From Candidatus Harpocratesius repetitus (GTDB lineage Archaea > Asgardarchaeota > Lokiarchaeia > Sigyniarchaeales > Promethearchaeaceae), in assembly GCA_021498095.1 (NCBI GenBank), contig JAIZWK010000001.1:1560001-1592000 (forward strand): 32,000 bases of DNA, read 5' to 3'. This document shows, one piece after another, positions 17,323 to 26,444 of the stretch. Each line of letters begins with the position of its first letter. The first letter of the stretch is position 1. Below the pieces are notes generated by a model. It was given only the letters and a program-made list of their open reading frames with translations. It made no database searches and was not told the DNA's origin. A program made the translations under genes and the position numbers.

Positions 17323-19575
17323 TTATTTTTCTTTAAGAAATGCGAACTTATCAACTGTTAAATCAAGTAAACAATTTTTAATTGATAGAAGTTGTTGAAT
17401 TGTGGTAAGGTTTTGAATTACTAGCATGTCTTGAAATTCTGAATATTTTTCAATTTTATTAAAAGGTGTTTTTTGCCCACTTTTGATAGATTCACCTTTT
17501 TTGGTTGAATTGGGTTGTAATTTATAGCGAATGGTTAATTCTTTGAATGATGATGCCTGTAATTCGGTATACATTTTAATAATCGTCGATAATGGTACTG
17601 ATGCAAGAGGATCATGGAATCCAATGCGGTAATGTAATACTGGTTCCTGAAAAAGCTGCTGTGCTTTCTGATCTACAGGGATTAAAATGGAATTTGGAGG
17701 ATTTAGAAGTTCTTTTTGAGGATGAGCTTCTGCTAAAACATAATGAATTGGGTTATTTTCATTAAAATTTTGTTTATCCAGTAATTTTTGCATGAAATCC
17801 ATAATCTTTACTGCAAAAGTACGATTTTTCGTTTGCATTCGAATAAACAAATCAGTATGCATTAAAACCATTTCATCCATTCCATGAAATGAGACTGCTG
17901 CGATTATACTACCTTTAGGTAAAAAGCATTTTTGAGAAGAAGTTGATTTAAACAAAATTTCTTGTATTTGTTGCCAATTGGAAAAATTAGGTAAATTCCT
18001 CTTGAGTAATGTGTATTTATATTCAAAAAAATCAAATACTCTAAAAATTGCTTTTTCTAATCCTTTAAAAAATATCTTTTCGTTCTTATTTGATTTATAA
18101 TACAAAGCTAGAAGATTTATTGAAATTTTTTCAAGAATTACGGCAGGTTTAAACTGATCATAGTGCTCAATTGCGATTGGAATACGAAGATTGGTGTAAA
18201 TATGCTCTGCAGAAGGCCATCCCCATTTCATAAATTGATCGAATATGACTTGTGGATGTGGAAGAATCGATATTAAAAGTTGCTGAAATGAAGATAGTTT
18301 AGAGAATTCTGAAGCATTTTGAATTCCTTTAAAATCTGATTTTTGCCCATGTATTACCAAATTTGGAAGTTGAATTTCTCTCTGTGAAGAGTCGTTTTGT
18401 AAATATTTCCAATCATTTACATATATTTCTAATAAAGGTCTAATGTCTACATAATTTGCAATCAAAGAAATTCCTAATGAGATCTTCCAATTATCTGAAA
18501 AATAGGGGCTCCAGCTGGTGATTAATTGATTTAATTCTTGGACACGCTTAAAGCTTCTATCTATGCTAAAAAAATGTTCTAAAAATAAATCAAAGCGAAT
18601 AATGCTGATTCCCATAGGGAAAAATGGCTTTATTGTTTTGAAAAATGATTGTGTTGCTTGGATTAATTCATATAAACTTATCTTGTTCATAGAAATGTCT
18701 GTAGGATCTTCTTCTTGAATATAAACTCCTTTAGAATATATATTTTTAGAAAATTTGTATTTTTTATAATCGAATTTACGAATGAATCTGAGTATTATTA
18801 ATTCAAATTGATCTCCAGTAATAACCAGTTCAATTGGAGAAATTCCAAAATGACTTAACTTTACAAATAAAAAATCTCCGGACAAGAATGCATCTGCATA
18901 TTTTTGTTGCAACAAGTTAAGTAAAACGAATTGTTCCATAACATTTCGTCCCAAAATATCTTGAAATTGTGTTGGACTAAAACAATGTTTGGATATTAAT
19001 AGCTGCTTAACATCAAATGGGGGAAGACCTAACCGTGTGAGTTTGGCACGATAGTTTTCAAAATGATGTTCTATTAAAATAGCGTTGATGTATTCTCTAA
19101 CCAATGGTGCCGTAAGATATGTTATATTTGCCTTATTTAATCTTTGTTTTGCTTCAGTAGCAATTTCTTTAGCAATATCTAAAGGCATTCCCGCTTCTTC
19201 TTGAAGATGCTTTTCAATTACTGATTCGTCAAAAAATTCCATAGAATACTTGGAAGTTCGAATTCTGATAGGTGCTTCAGGAGTTACTACTTCTTCTACT
19301 GATTGAAGAAAATTTCGGGTTTTATTGCCCATTTCTGTTAATTGATATCCTTTCTCATCTCCTGAAATGATTAAATTCTCTTTAAGAATGCTTAAATGGT
19401 AAGAAAGATTTGGGGTTATGCCAAATCTATCTTCTAATTCATGCTGAATTTCGCTGTATTCAAGAGGTGTCTTGTGTTGGCTGAGAATCTGAACAATAGC
19501 TATTCGTGCTTCATTTTTAAGCGCACCTAAATACTTTACTAATGGATCAATCGAATTTTCAGATTTTGCAGTCAT
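17323..19575 (-). CDS. ArsR-type wHTH + ATP-cone + degenerate class III ribonucleotide reductase (NrdD)-like domain
   Basis: ALKNEARIAIVQIL...NLSYHLSILKENLIISGDEKGYQLTEMG (wHTH); IRTSKYSMEFFDESVIEKHLQEEAG...LTAPLVREYINAILIE (ATP-cone); LTRLGLPPFDV and ISINLLALYY resemble archaeal NrdD; no CxxC pairs or C-terminal RxxGY. Confidence 0.75.
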   Translation of the reverse strand: MTAKSENSIDPLVKYLGALKNEARIAIVQILSQHKTPLEYSEIQHELEDRFGITPNLSYHLSILKENLIISGDEKGYQLTEMGNKTRNFLQSVEEVVTPEAPIRIRTSKYSMEFFDESVIEKHLQEEAGMPLDIAKEIATEAKQRLNKANITYLTAPLVREYINAILIEHHFENYRAKLTRLGLPPFDVKQLLISKHCFSPTQFQDILGRNVMEQFVLLNLLQQKYADAFLSGDFLFVKLSHFGISPIELVITGDQFELIILRFIRKFDYKKYKFSKNIYSKGVYIQEEDPTDISMNKISLYELIQATQSFFKTIKPFFPMGISIIRFDLFLEHFFSIDRSFKRVQELNQLITSWSPYFSDNWKISLGISLIANYVDIRPLLEIYVNDWKYLQNDSSQREIQLPNLVIHGQKSDFKGIQNASEFSKLSSFQQLLISILPHPQVIFDQFMKWGWPSAEHIYTNLRIPIAIEHYDQFKPAVILEKISINLLALYYKSNKNEKIFFKGLEKAIFRVFDFFEYKYTLLKRNLPNFSNWQQIQEILFKSTSSQKCFLPKGSIIAAVSFHGMDEMVLMHTDLFIRMQTKNRTFAVKIMDFMQKLLDKQNFNENNPIHYVLAEAHPQKELLNPPNSILIPVDQKAQQLFQEPVLHYRIGFHDPLASVPLSTIIKMYTELQASSFKELTIRYKLQPNSTKKGESIKSGQKTPFNKIEKYSEFQDMLVIQNLTTIQQLLSIKNCLLDLTVDKFAFLKEK

Positions 19576-20285
19576 AAAATAACCATTCCGCTTTAAGAAA
19601 TATGGAAGAGAATTTAATATATGAATAAGAGTAATCTAAACCAATAAATCCTATGATTTTTTCAATATAAATCTCAAAAGAATTTCAGAATAGACAAAAA
19701 ACGACAAAATATTCAAATAACAACACAGAAAGAATTTATTTTTCTAAATCAAGAATAAAAATACCCGTAAATTTTTCATCTTTTATAAAAATTTACAAAA
19801 ATTCTCTCTCTATGCGAGATCAACAGATTTTGATTCGAGAAATCGACTTTTTTATAATTAACTTTCCAGAAAATTTATGTCTAAAGATTTTAAAAAAACC
19901 TCATAATCAAAAATATGATATCAAGTCTTCAATTAAGGGTGAATTCTTCAATTCCCCGATTTTCAAATTAAAAAATTTAGAATTCTCCCAGTTTAAGCAA
20001 CTTCTGCAAATTTTTGAAAAAAAATGATATTTTTACCAAAGTAAAATTAAATGAATTTGAAAATCTTGCTGATTATCGAAACCATACTAAAAATGCTATA
20101 CGATTTGTCAGCTGGGCTCTATTGGCAATATTTGCATCTTGATTATAAATATCATATTTCTTTATCTTAATGGAGATCCATCAAAAATAGAGCGGCATAG
20201 GAAAATATATTTCATGCAAATTATTTCAATTATAATTTTTGCTTTAATTAATATAAGCTTATATATTTTTGCTCTAACTTTATAA

Positions 20286-20440
20286 ATCACCTTTTTTCAT
20301 ATAAAAATAATTGATAACGTTGGGGAAAATACGGATGATTCAAATGAAAATGGTAGTAAAACAGGATTGATCATCGGAATTAGTGGCGGAGTAACCCTTT
20401 TAGGCGCTGGAGGTTTTATTCTCTTCAGAAAGATGAAAAT
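20286..20440 (+). pseudogene. Start-less C-terminal membrane-anchor fragment
   Basis: NTDDSNENGSKTGLIIGISGGVTLLGAGGFILFRKMK (acidic linker, TM helix, basic tail). In-frame stop at 20283-20285 and no start codon between it and the TM segment. Confidence 0.4.
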
Positions 20441-20495
20441 AGAAAAAATAATTTCCTTTTTTTAATTATTCTTTGTTGGATGAACATTTAATGAA

Positions 20496-20518
20496 TTGTA
20501 CAAAATTTCTTTGTACAA
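20496..20518. terminator. Hairpin downstream of pyrB
   Basis: TTGTACAAA-ATTTC-TTTGTACAA, 9-bp stem and 5-nt loop, 17 nt past the pyrB stop. Confidence 0.35.
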
Positions 20519-20535
20519 ATGATATTGTAATATTG

Positions 20536-21471
20536 CTATTTTAATGTTTTCGGATCTTGAAGCAAAATACTGGCCAAAATCGCTTTTCGCATCATCAATC
20601 CAAAATATGTTTGCTTAAAATACTGTGCACGAGGATCTGAATCTATTTTTGGGTCGATTTCATTTACTCGGGGTAGCGGATGTAGAATAATTGCATCCTG
20701 CTTGATTTGTTTTAAATCATCCTTTGTAAGAATGAAAAGATCTTTGACCTTATCATACTCTTCTAAATCTCCAAACCTCTCTTTCTGGATGCGCGTCATA
20801 TAGATTACATCCAATTTTGGAAGTGTTTCATGAAAATCTTGTGTTTCAATAAAGTTTGTTCCCTTTAAAGTTAAAGAATCCTTTACTCGATACTGCATTC
20901 TCAACTGCTCAGGACTGATGAAAAATAGGTTTGAGTCAAAATTTGATAAAAGATGAGCTAAAGAATGCACAGTCCTACCGTATTTGAGATCCCCTATTAA
21001 ACCAATATTCAAATTATCTAGTGATCCTTTTAATTCTTTTATTGTAAGTAAATCCAACAATCCTTGAGTTGGATGTTCTTGGGATCCATTTCCTGCATTG
21101 ATAATTGGAACATCTGAAAATTCTTGAGCTAATTTTGCTGCTCCCTCTTTCTTATGCCGAATAACAATTGTATCTGCATAATTTGCCACAGTTCGAATTG
21201 TATCTGCTAGTGTTTCTCCCTTTTTAACCGATGAAGTGCCTGCTTCAGAAAAACCCATTACTCTTCCACCAAGATGTAACATGGCGCTCTCAAAAGACAA
21301 GCGCGTTCGAGTTGAAGGTTCAAAGAACAAAGTTGCCATTACTTTTCCTTGTAAAATTTGTGAATATTGCTTTTTATTTTGCTCGATTGTTGTGGCTAAG
21401 TCGATTAATGTTTCAATATCACTCCGTTCAAATTGCTTGGCGGAGATGACATCCATGTTGTAAAATTCCAT
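20536..21471 (-). CDS. pyrB: Aspartate carbamoyltransferase catalytic subunit
   Basis: FFEPSTRTRLSFE, KKGETLADT, HPTQGLLD, GDLKYGRTVHSL, HPLPRVNEI; ATG 21471 preferred over TTG 21519. Confidence 0.96.
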   Translation of the reverse strand: MEFYNMDVISAKQFERSDIETLIDLATTIEQNKKQYSQILQGKVMATLFFEPSTRTRLSFESAMLHLGGRVMGFSEAGTSSVKKGETLADTIRTVANYADTIVIRHKKEGAAKLAQEFSDVPIINAGNGSQEHPTQGLLDLLTIKELKGSLDNLNIGLIGDLKYGRTVHSLAHLLSNFDSNLFFISPEQLRMQYRVKDSLTLKGTNFIETQDFHETLPKLDVIYMTRIQKERFGDLEEYDKVKDLFILTKDDLKQIKQDAIILHPLPRVNEIDPKIDSDPRAQYFKQTYFGLMMRKAILASILLQDPKTLK

Positions 21472-21851
21472 TTTCCAACCAATACAAAGCGCGACTTTTT
21501 TTATGATTTTTGCTTTCAAGTAACAACCAAGTAATACCTTTTTTTCTGATTTTAATATGAAATTCTATTTGCTAATCTATTTGGCTTTCTATAGATGCAC
21601 ATTTAAACAAACAAAATCAAGCAAAAATCATGAATTTCATCGCCAATTATCAATCTAGATATATCCCGCTAAATAATGAGATATTATCCTATTGTTACCA
21701 AGAATGGAATTTCAATCTCCCTATTAGTAGAAAAAATTCCAACTCTATACTCGATAAATCATACGGTTATCTTCTTTGATCTCTCAAATCAAAAAATTAA
21801 AAATTCATGCCATCTTTTCATACCTATCAGAATTTCGTTGAAGGAATTATT

Positions 21852-22133
21852 ATGAAATTTCCCAAATCTAAACGCATTTACTGCCCAAAGTGTAAAGAAC
21901 ACACAGACCATAAAGTCTCAATATACAAAAAAGGAAAAGATACTCAATCCGCTCAAGGCGCAAGAAGATATGCACGAAAAAAACGGGGCTATGGATCGCA
22001 ACCTAAGCCTATTCAGCATAACCAAGCCAAGGTTAATAAAAAGACAACACCTACCTATAAATGCACCAAATGTAATCGAGTCGTAATTGGCAAGGGATTG
22101 CGCTTGAAGAAATTCGAGATCTTAACCAAATAA
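21852..22133 (+). CDS. rpl44e: Ribosomal protein eL42 (L44e)
   Basis: MKFPKSKRIYCPKCKEHTDH, RRYARKKRGYGSQPKP, CTKC. Confidence 0.95.
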   Translation: MKFPKSKRIYCPKCKEHTDHKVSIYKKGKDTQSAQGARRYARKKRGYGSQPKPIQHNQAKVNKKTTPTYKCTKCNRVVIGKGLRLKKFEILTK

Positions 22134-22154
22134 TCAAAAAAGAGGAAGAAAATC

Positions 22155-22355
22155 ATGAAAGCAAAAAAATCCGAATTAGTGCCCAAACCAAAAAGTCGAT
22201 TTTTACGAATTAAATGTTTGAATTGCGGTGCCGAGCAAATTGTGTTCGGTTGTGCGACAGTTGAAGTGAAATGCTTTGTCTGTGACAAGCAATTAGTTCA
22301 ATCTACCGGTGGAAAGGCACGAATTTTAACAAAAATTTCTGAAGTTTTATCATAA
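22155..22355 (+). CDS. rps27e: Ribosomal protein eS27
   Basis: PKPKSRFLRIKCLNCGAEQIVF...CFVCDKQLVQSTGGKA; follows rpl44e. Confidence 0.95.
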   Translation: MKAKKSELVPKPKSRFLRIKCLNCGAEQIVFGCATVEVKCFVCDKQLVQSTGGKARILTKISEVLS

Positions 22356-22476
22356 AATATTATTTAAAATATCACCAATCTTTTTTTTCCAAATCCTTGA
22401 AGGAATCAACATAACATATTTATGATTCTTTCCTTATTCCCAATTATCTTTAAATCTTATAACAGGCGATTGAATA

Positions 22477-22827
22477 ATGGTTGAATTCTGTCCAAATTGT
22501 GAAAAATTGCTTCGAAAGAAGAAAAATGACCAGGGCGAATATGTGATGATGTGTGTAGCGTGCGGATATTCGAAACCAATTGAAAAAAAGAGAGAGCGTA
22601 AACATAAATTATCAAAACGAATTGAAAAGAAAATCGCCGATAATAAAACACGCGTCTTAGACGAAAAAAGTGATAATTTAGAACTTAAGCCAAAAACACG
22701 GGTCGAGTGTCCTGAATGTGGGTATTTTGAAGCGTATTACGAGCAATATCAGACTCGATCGGCGGATGAACCTGCCACAACATTTTATTCATGTGTTCGT
22801 TGTAAACATCGTTGGCGGGAGTATTAA
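22477..22827 (+). CDS. tfs: Transcript cleavage factor TFS (RpoM/TFIIS-like)
   Basis: Two Zn ribbons (CPNC...CVAC; CPEC...CVRC) and QTRSADEP acidic hairpin. Confidence 0.92.
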   Translation: MVEFCPNCEKLLRKKKNDQGEYVMMCVACGYSKPIEKKRERKHKLSKRIEKKIADNKTRVLDEKSDNLELKPKTRVECPECGYFEAYYEQYQTRSADEPATTFYSCVRCKHRWREY

Positions 22828-23513
22828 ATTTTTTTACTTTGTCTGCTTTATCGAGAAAATATTTTTAGATTTTAAACTTTTCAACATTATAATAAATTCA
22901 ACAACAAATATTGAGGGTATTTTAAATTTCAAAGATTCGAAGTTTTTCATTCCTTCATCCTAATTCTCCCGGCTCAAATCTAAAATATTCTTCCTTATTT
23001 TTTGTCGATTTTACCAAGGTGCTAAATTCAAGATATGTAAATCAAAAATTATAATAAAATCGACATCAGATTGAAGAATTTATAAACAGGATGGTATATT
23101 TTTAACAAATTCTTTGAAAAAATCGAGTTCGACAAAAAAAGATTTGCTATATTTCAGATATAAGTCGGATATATATGAATGATATTCAAAAAAGCGTTTA
23201 AATTAAAAAAGATGAAACATCCTCCATTATTTATATATTTGTTGTTCCTATTCTGTATTAAATGACTACTAAGCAAGATTATAAAAATGAAATTTCTTAT
23301 AAGGAACTTGAATTTATTGAGGAATTTTTAAAAATATCAAGATTTAAAATTGTATGTTTTAAAGATTTTGCCAGTATTCGTCCACAAGCTAATCAAATTC
23401 TGCATCTGAATGGTTCTGTTCAAGTTTTAGTTATTATTTATCGAGCATCGCGACATTATTATTATTCATCCTATAAAGAAAAATATTATTTTGCTAAAAT
23501 CTTAAAACAATGA

Positions 23514-24704
23514 GTGCTTATCTATCTTGTGTTATTTCCAAAATATAATGGTGGGTCGATTGTTAATTTAATGGCTTCTTTAGGGCAGTATTTTGGAATT
23601 TCTATGGAATATTCACCCTTGGAAAAATTTCCGACTGGATTTTTGAATTCAAACAACTCATCTCCTGTTATTTTGATCATAATTGATGGATTAGGGTATA
23701 ATTATTTGATTAAACACGGCAGTAAATCAAATTTTCATAAATATTTGGCTGAAAAGATGACATCAGTTTTTCCTTCAACGACAGCTGCAGCCATGACCAC
23801 GTTTTATTCTGGGATTGCTCCGATAAACCATGGAATTCCCGCCTGGTTTACTTATCTGCGAGAAATGGGTGTTGTTAGTACAATTTTGCCTATGCATGTC
23901 CGTTCACTTAATACTTCAATTCTTTATAATAATCTAACTGCTGCAGATATTTTTCAATTTCCTTCTTTTGCAGCTAGACTTTCCCAAAAATCCGTTTCAC
24001 TTTTTCCGAAATCCATATATAAATCGCCTTACAGCTCTTATGCTGTTAAAGGATCAGTTGAACTGAAATATCCAATCAAGAATTTACGCGCTTTTTTTAA
24101 AACTATTCGAAAAACTATGACAGACAAAAATCCTCCTTCTTATTTGCTGGCATATTGGCCTGATTTTGATACGTCATCACATATTTATGGAATTGAAAGT
24201 AATCAAACGATGGAACACTTTAACGCTTTGGATAGAGAATTTGGTATTTTTATTGATGAAATGAAGACAAAAGGGCGCAATATGAAAATAATAATTACAG
24301 CCGACCATGGTTTGATTGATACAACGGAGGAACATTCTCTATGGTTGCATGCTTATCCTGAATTGCGACACATGCTGACTTTACCGATAGTTGGTGAAGG
24401 ACGCGTGCCTTTTTTATACGTTCGGCCTAAATCAGTCCAAGCTTTTGAACGATATATGGAAAATCATTTTGGAGAAGTGGGTGAATTATGGACAGCTGAG
24501 CAAGCATTCAATCATAATCTTTTTGGACTTTATCAAGCCCATCCACAATTTACAGACCGGATAGGGGATTATCTCCTGTTTATGAAGGATAATTACGTAT
24601 TTCGAGAGAGATTACTTGGAGAAAAAAGAGAAAAAATGATTGGGCATCATGGAGGATTAAGTCCTGAAGAAATGGAAGTACCTCTCATTTTGGTGGATAT
24701 TTGA
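23514..24704 (+). CDS. Alkaline-phosphatase superfamily nucleotide pyrophosphatase/phosphodiesterase
   Basis: IIIDGLG, SVFPSTTAAAMTTFYSG, DTSSHIYG, ITADHG, GHHGGLSPEEMEVPL. Start codon uncertain. Confidence 0.88.
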   Translation: MLIYLVLFPKYNGGSIVNLMASLGQYFGISMEYSPLEKFPTGFLNSNNSSPVILIIIDGLGYNYLIKHGSKSNFHKYLAEKMTSVFPSTTAAAMTTFYSGIAPINHGIPAWFTYLREMGVVSTILPMHVRSLNTSILYNNLTAADIFQFPSFAARLSQKSVSLFPKSIYKSPYSSYAVKGSVELKYPIKNLRAFFKTIRKTMTDKNPPSYLLAYWPDFDTSSHIYGIESNQTMEHFNALDREFGIFIDEMKTKGRNMKIIITADHGLIDTTEEHSLWLHAYPELRHMLTLPIVGEGRVPFLYVRPKSVQAFERYMENHFGEVGELWTAEQAFNHNLFGLYQAHPQFTDRIGDYLLFMKDNYVFRERLLGEKREKMIGHHGGLSPEEMEVPLILVDI

Positions 24705-24743
24705 TAAATTTAGCAACATACCTGAAAAATTTTAATAGATATG

Positions 24744-24797
24744 GGAGAAGTGTGAGATGTGTGAGAAGTATGAGAAATGCAGGACATGTGAGATGTA
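24744..24797. repeat. Six degenerate 9-bp tandem repeats between convergent genes
   Basis: GGAGAAGTG TGAGATGTG TGAGAAGTA TGAGAAATG CAGGACATG TGAGATGTA. Confidence 0.75.
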
Positions 24798-24806
24798 TAA
24801 AAAAGC

Positions 24807-25154
24807 TTATTGGATTTCCTTAAATTTCTCCATGGTTTTCAAATAGAAATTAAAATCCAATTCTTGCATGTCTTGAATAATTTGAGCAGCAATTACTGGA
24901 GTCCCAGTTCCATCAACTTCATACTTTCCGAAGACTCTATATAGATTTCCCTCTGTTATTTTGGGTGCGTCATCTGGGATATTTTGGGTTTGAATTTTAC
25001 CTGTTGTATCATCAATGTAAAAATCGTTATTTGCATTTATGTTACGAGCATAACCTGTCAGTTGGACCAAACCATCAGTGGGTTGAAGGTCTTTTACAAG
25101 TTTTTTTTCATAATACTGATCAGAACGCATTTCTTCTGGAGTAAATTCAGCCAT
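24807..25154 (-). CDS. Single OB-fold protein, RPA3/RPA14-like replication protein A small subunit
   Basis: VQLTG...FYIDDTTG...YRVFG...AAQIIQDM followed by a C-terminal helix; pattern recalled from euryarchaeal RPA14 (WLDDGTG, VRVIG, AEVIQDF). Confidence 0.68.
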   Translation of the reverse strand: MAEFTPEEMRSDQYYEKKLVKDLQPTDGLVQLTGYARNINANNDFYIDDTTGKIQTQNIPDDAPKITEGNLYRVFGKYEVDGTGTPVIAAQIIQDMQELDFNFYLKTMEKFKEIQ

Positions 25155-25476
25155 AAATAGTCAAATAAATTATGTCTCTCTTGCTTTTTAAAATCACTGA
25201 AGTTGGGATTAATAATAAATTAGTATTAGAAAGCAATAAAGCGAGTAATGATGAAATTGGTGAAAGTTATGAATATTTATGTTGTACATAAAAATGAAAA
25301 GGTAGAGAATAAACTTCCATTATAAAAATGGTCAAACGATATTATAAGAGATCAAGAATCAAACGATTTGGAGAAAAATACTTATTACAAGGTTAATATG
25401 TTGAGTGATTAAGTTTATTTGATTTTCCATACAAACATTCATATTATTAGTAGATAAAAAAATAGAGGACATAAGC

Positions 25477-26262
25477 ATGTTTAAGGTTAAAATTAAAGAT
25501 TCAAAAATGATTAAAGGAATTTTCGATGCAATATCTTCCATTATTAGTGAAACAGTACTTAAAGTTGACCCAAATGTAGGGATCTCGATGACAGCAATGG
25601 ATATATCCCATATCTGTTTGGTCTCCTTAGTTTTACATAAAGATGATTTAGATGAATTTCAAGCTGATGAATTATACGAATTGGGAATTAATTTAGAAGA
25701 TATGGTTAAAATTCTCAAACGTAGTGGTTCATCTGATGAGATTACCTTCTCTCATGATGCTTCTGAGAAAAAATTAATCATCCAAATGAAACCACCTGAG
25801 GCGAAAAAGGCGCGTACTTTTACGATGAGTTTAATTGACTATGATGGAGAAGAAATTGATGTAAATGCTTTGAACAATTTGGAATTTGATAATATTTGTA
25901 CATTTAATCTTTCATATTTAGATGAAGCCATCAAGGATGCAGAAATATTTGCAGAAGTTCTTCAAATCCAAGCTTTACCAAATTTAGTATTTTCGACTAA
26001 TGGTAATATTGGGGATATGGAATATGTTCTAGAAAAGGAGGAATTAATCTCTGCAGATTTTAAGTCAGAGAGCACAGGTGTGTTTTCAATTGCATTTTTG
26101 AAAAATATTTTGAAGATGGGTGCAATTGCACAGAATATTACTGCAGAAATGCGTTCAGATGCCCCATTAAAGATGAATTTTGATATACTGAATTCAAGTC
26201 ATGTCTTGTATTTCTTAGCACCTCGGGTGGAAGACGATGACGATTCCATGTATGAAGATTAA
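25477..26262 (+). CDS. pcn: DNA polymerase sliding clamp PCNA
   Basis: AMDISHICLVSL, GINLEDMVKILKR, LDEAIKDAEIF, APLKMNF, YFLAPRVE; GAGGA RBS upstream. Confidence 0.96.
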   Translation: MFKVKIKDSKMIKGIFDAISSIISETVLKVDPNVGISMTAMDISHICLVSLVLHKDDLDEFQADELYELGINLEDMVKILKRSGSSDEITFSHDASEKKLIIQMKPPEAKKARTFTMSLIDYDGEEIDVNALNNLEFDNICTFNLSYLDEAIKDAEIFAEVLQIQALPNLVFSTNGNIGDMEYVLEKEELISADFKSESTGVFSIAFLKNILKMGAIAQNITAEMRSDAPLKMNFDILNSSHVLYFLAPRVEDDDDSMYED

Positions 26263-26289
26263 AATATAATTGTATTTTTTTAGTGTAGC

Positions 26290-26355
26290 GGTCAATAATT
26301 TTTTGGAATTTGGTAATAGTTTTTTGGAAAACGGGTAATAATTATTTGGAAAAGT
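26290..26355. repeat. Three ~22-bp degenerate direct repeats upstream of the Argonaute locus
   Basis: GGTCAATAATTTTTTGGAATTT / GGTAATAGTTTTTTGGAAAACG / GGTAATAATTATTTGGAAAAGT. Confidence 0.7.
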
Positions 26356-26444
26356 GAAGAAATTACTCATTTCCCTTCTAACTATCTCTTTTTTTTGTAT
26401 CACATTGCATACCATTCTAATTCATTGAAAAGACCAAAAAGAAA

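Noticed and set aside
17323-19575. Functional anaerobic ribonucleotide reductase NrdD
   Set aside because: No glycyl-radical RxxGY motif, no CxxC Zn site, eroded core motifs; YRIGFH is ~95 aa from the end and does not fit.
23262-23513. 83-aa ORF joined to the phosphodiesterase by TGA (selenocysteine) readthrough
   Set aside because: It is in frame, but the upstream part is AT-rich with no recognisable domain, the TGA is not at a catalytic position, no SECIS was recognised, and the enzyme looks complete from 23514.
24744-26355. 9-bp and 22-bp repeat arrays as CRISPR
   Set aside because: No unique spacers, degenerate units, few copies, no cas genes.
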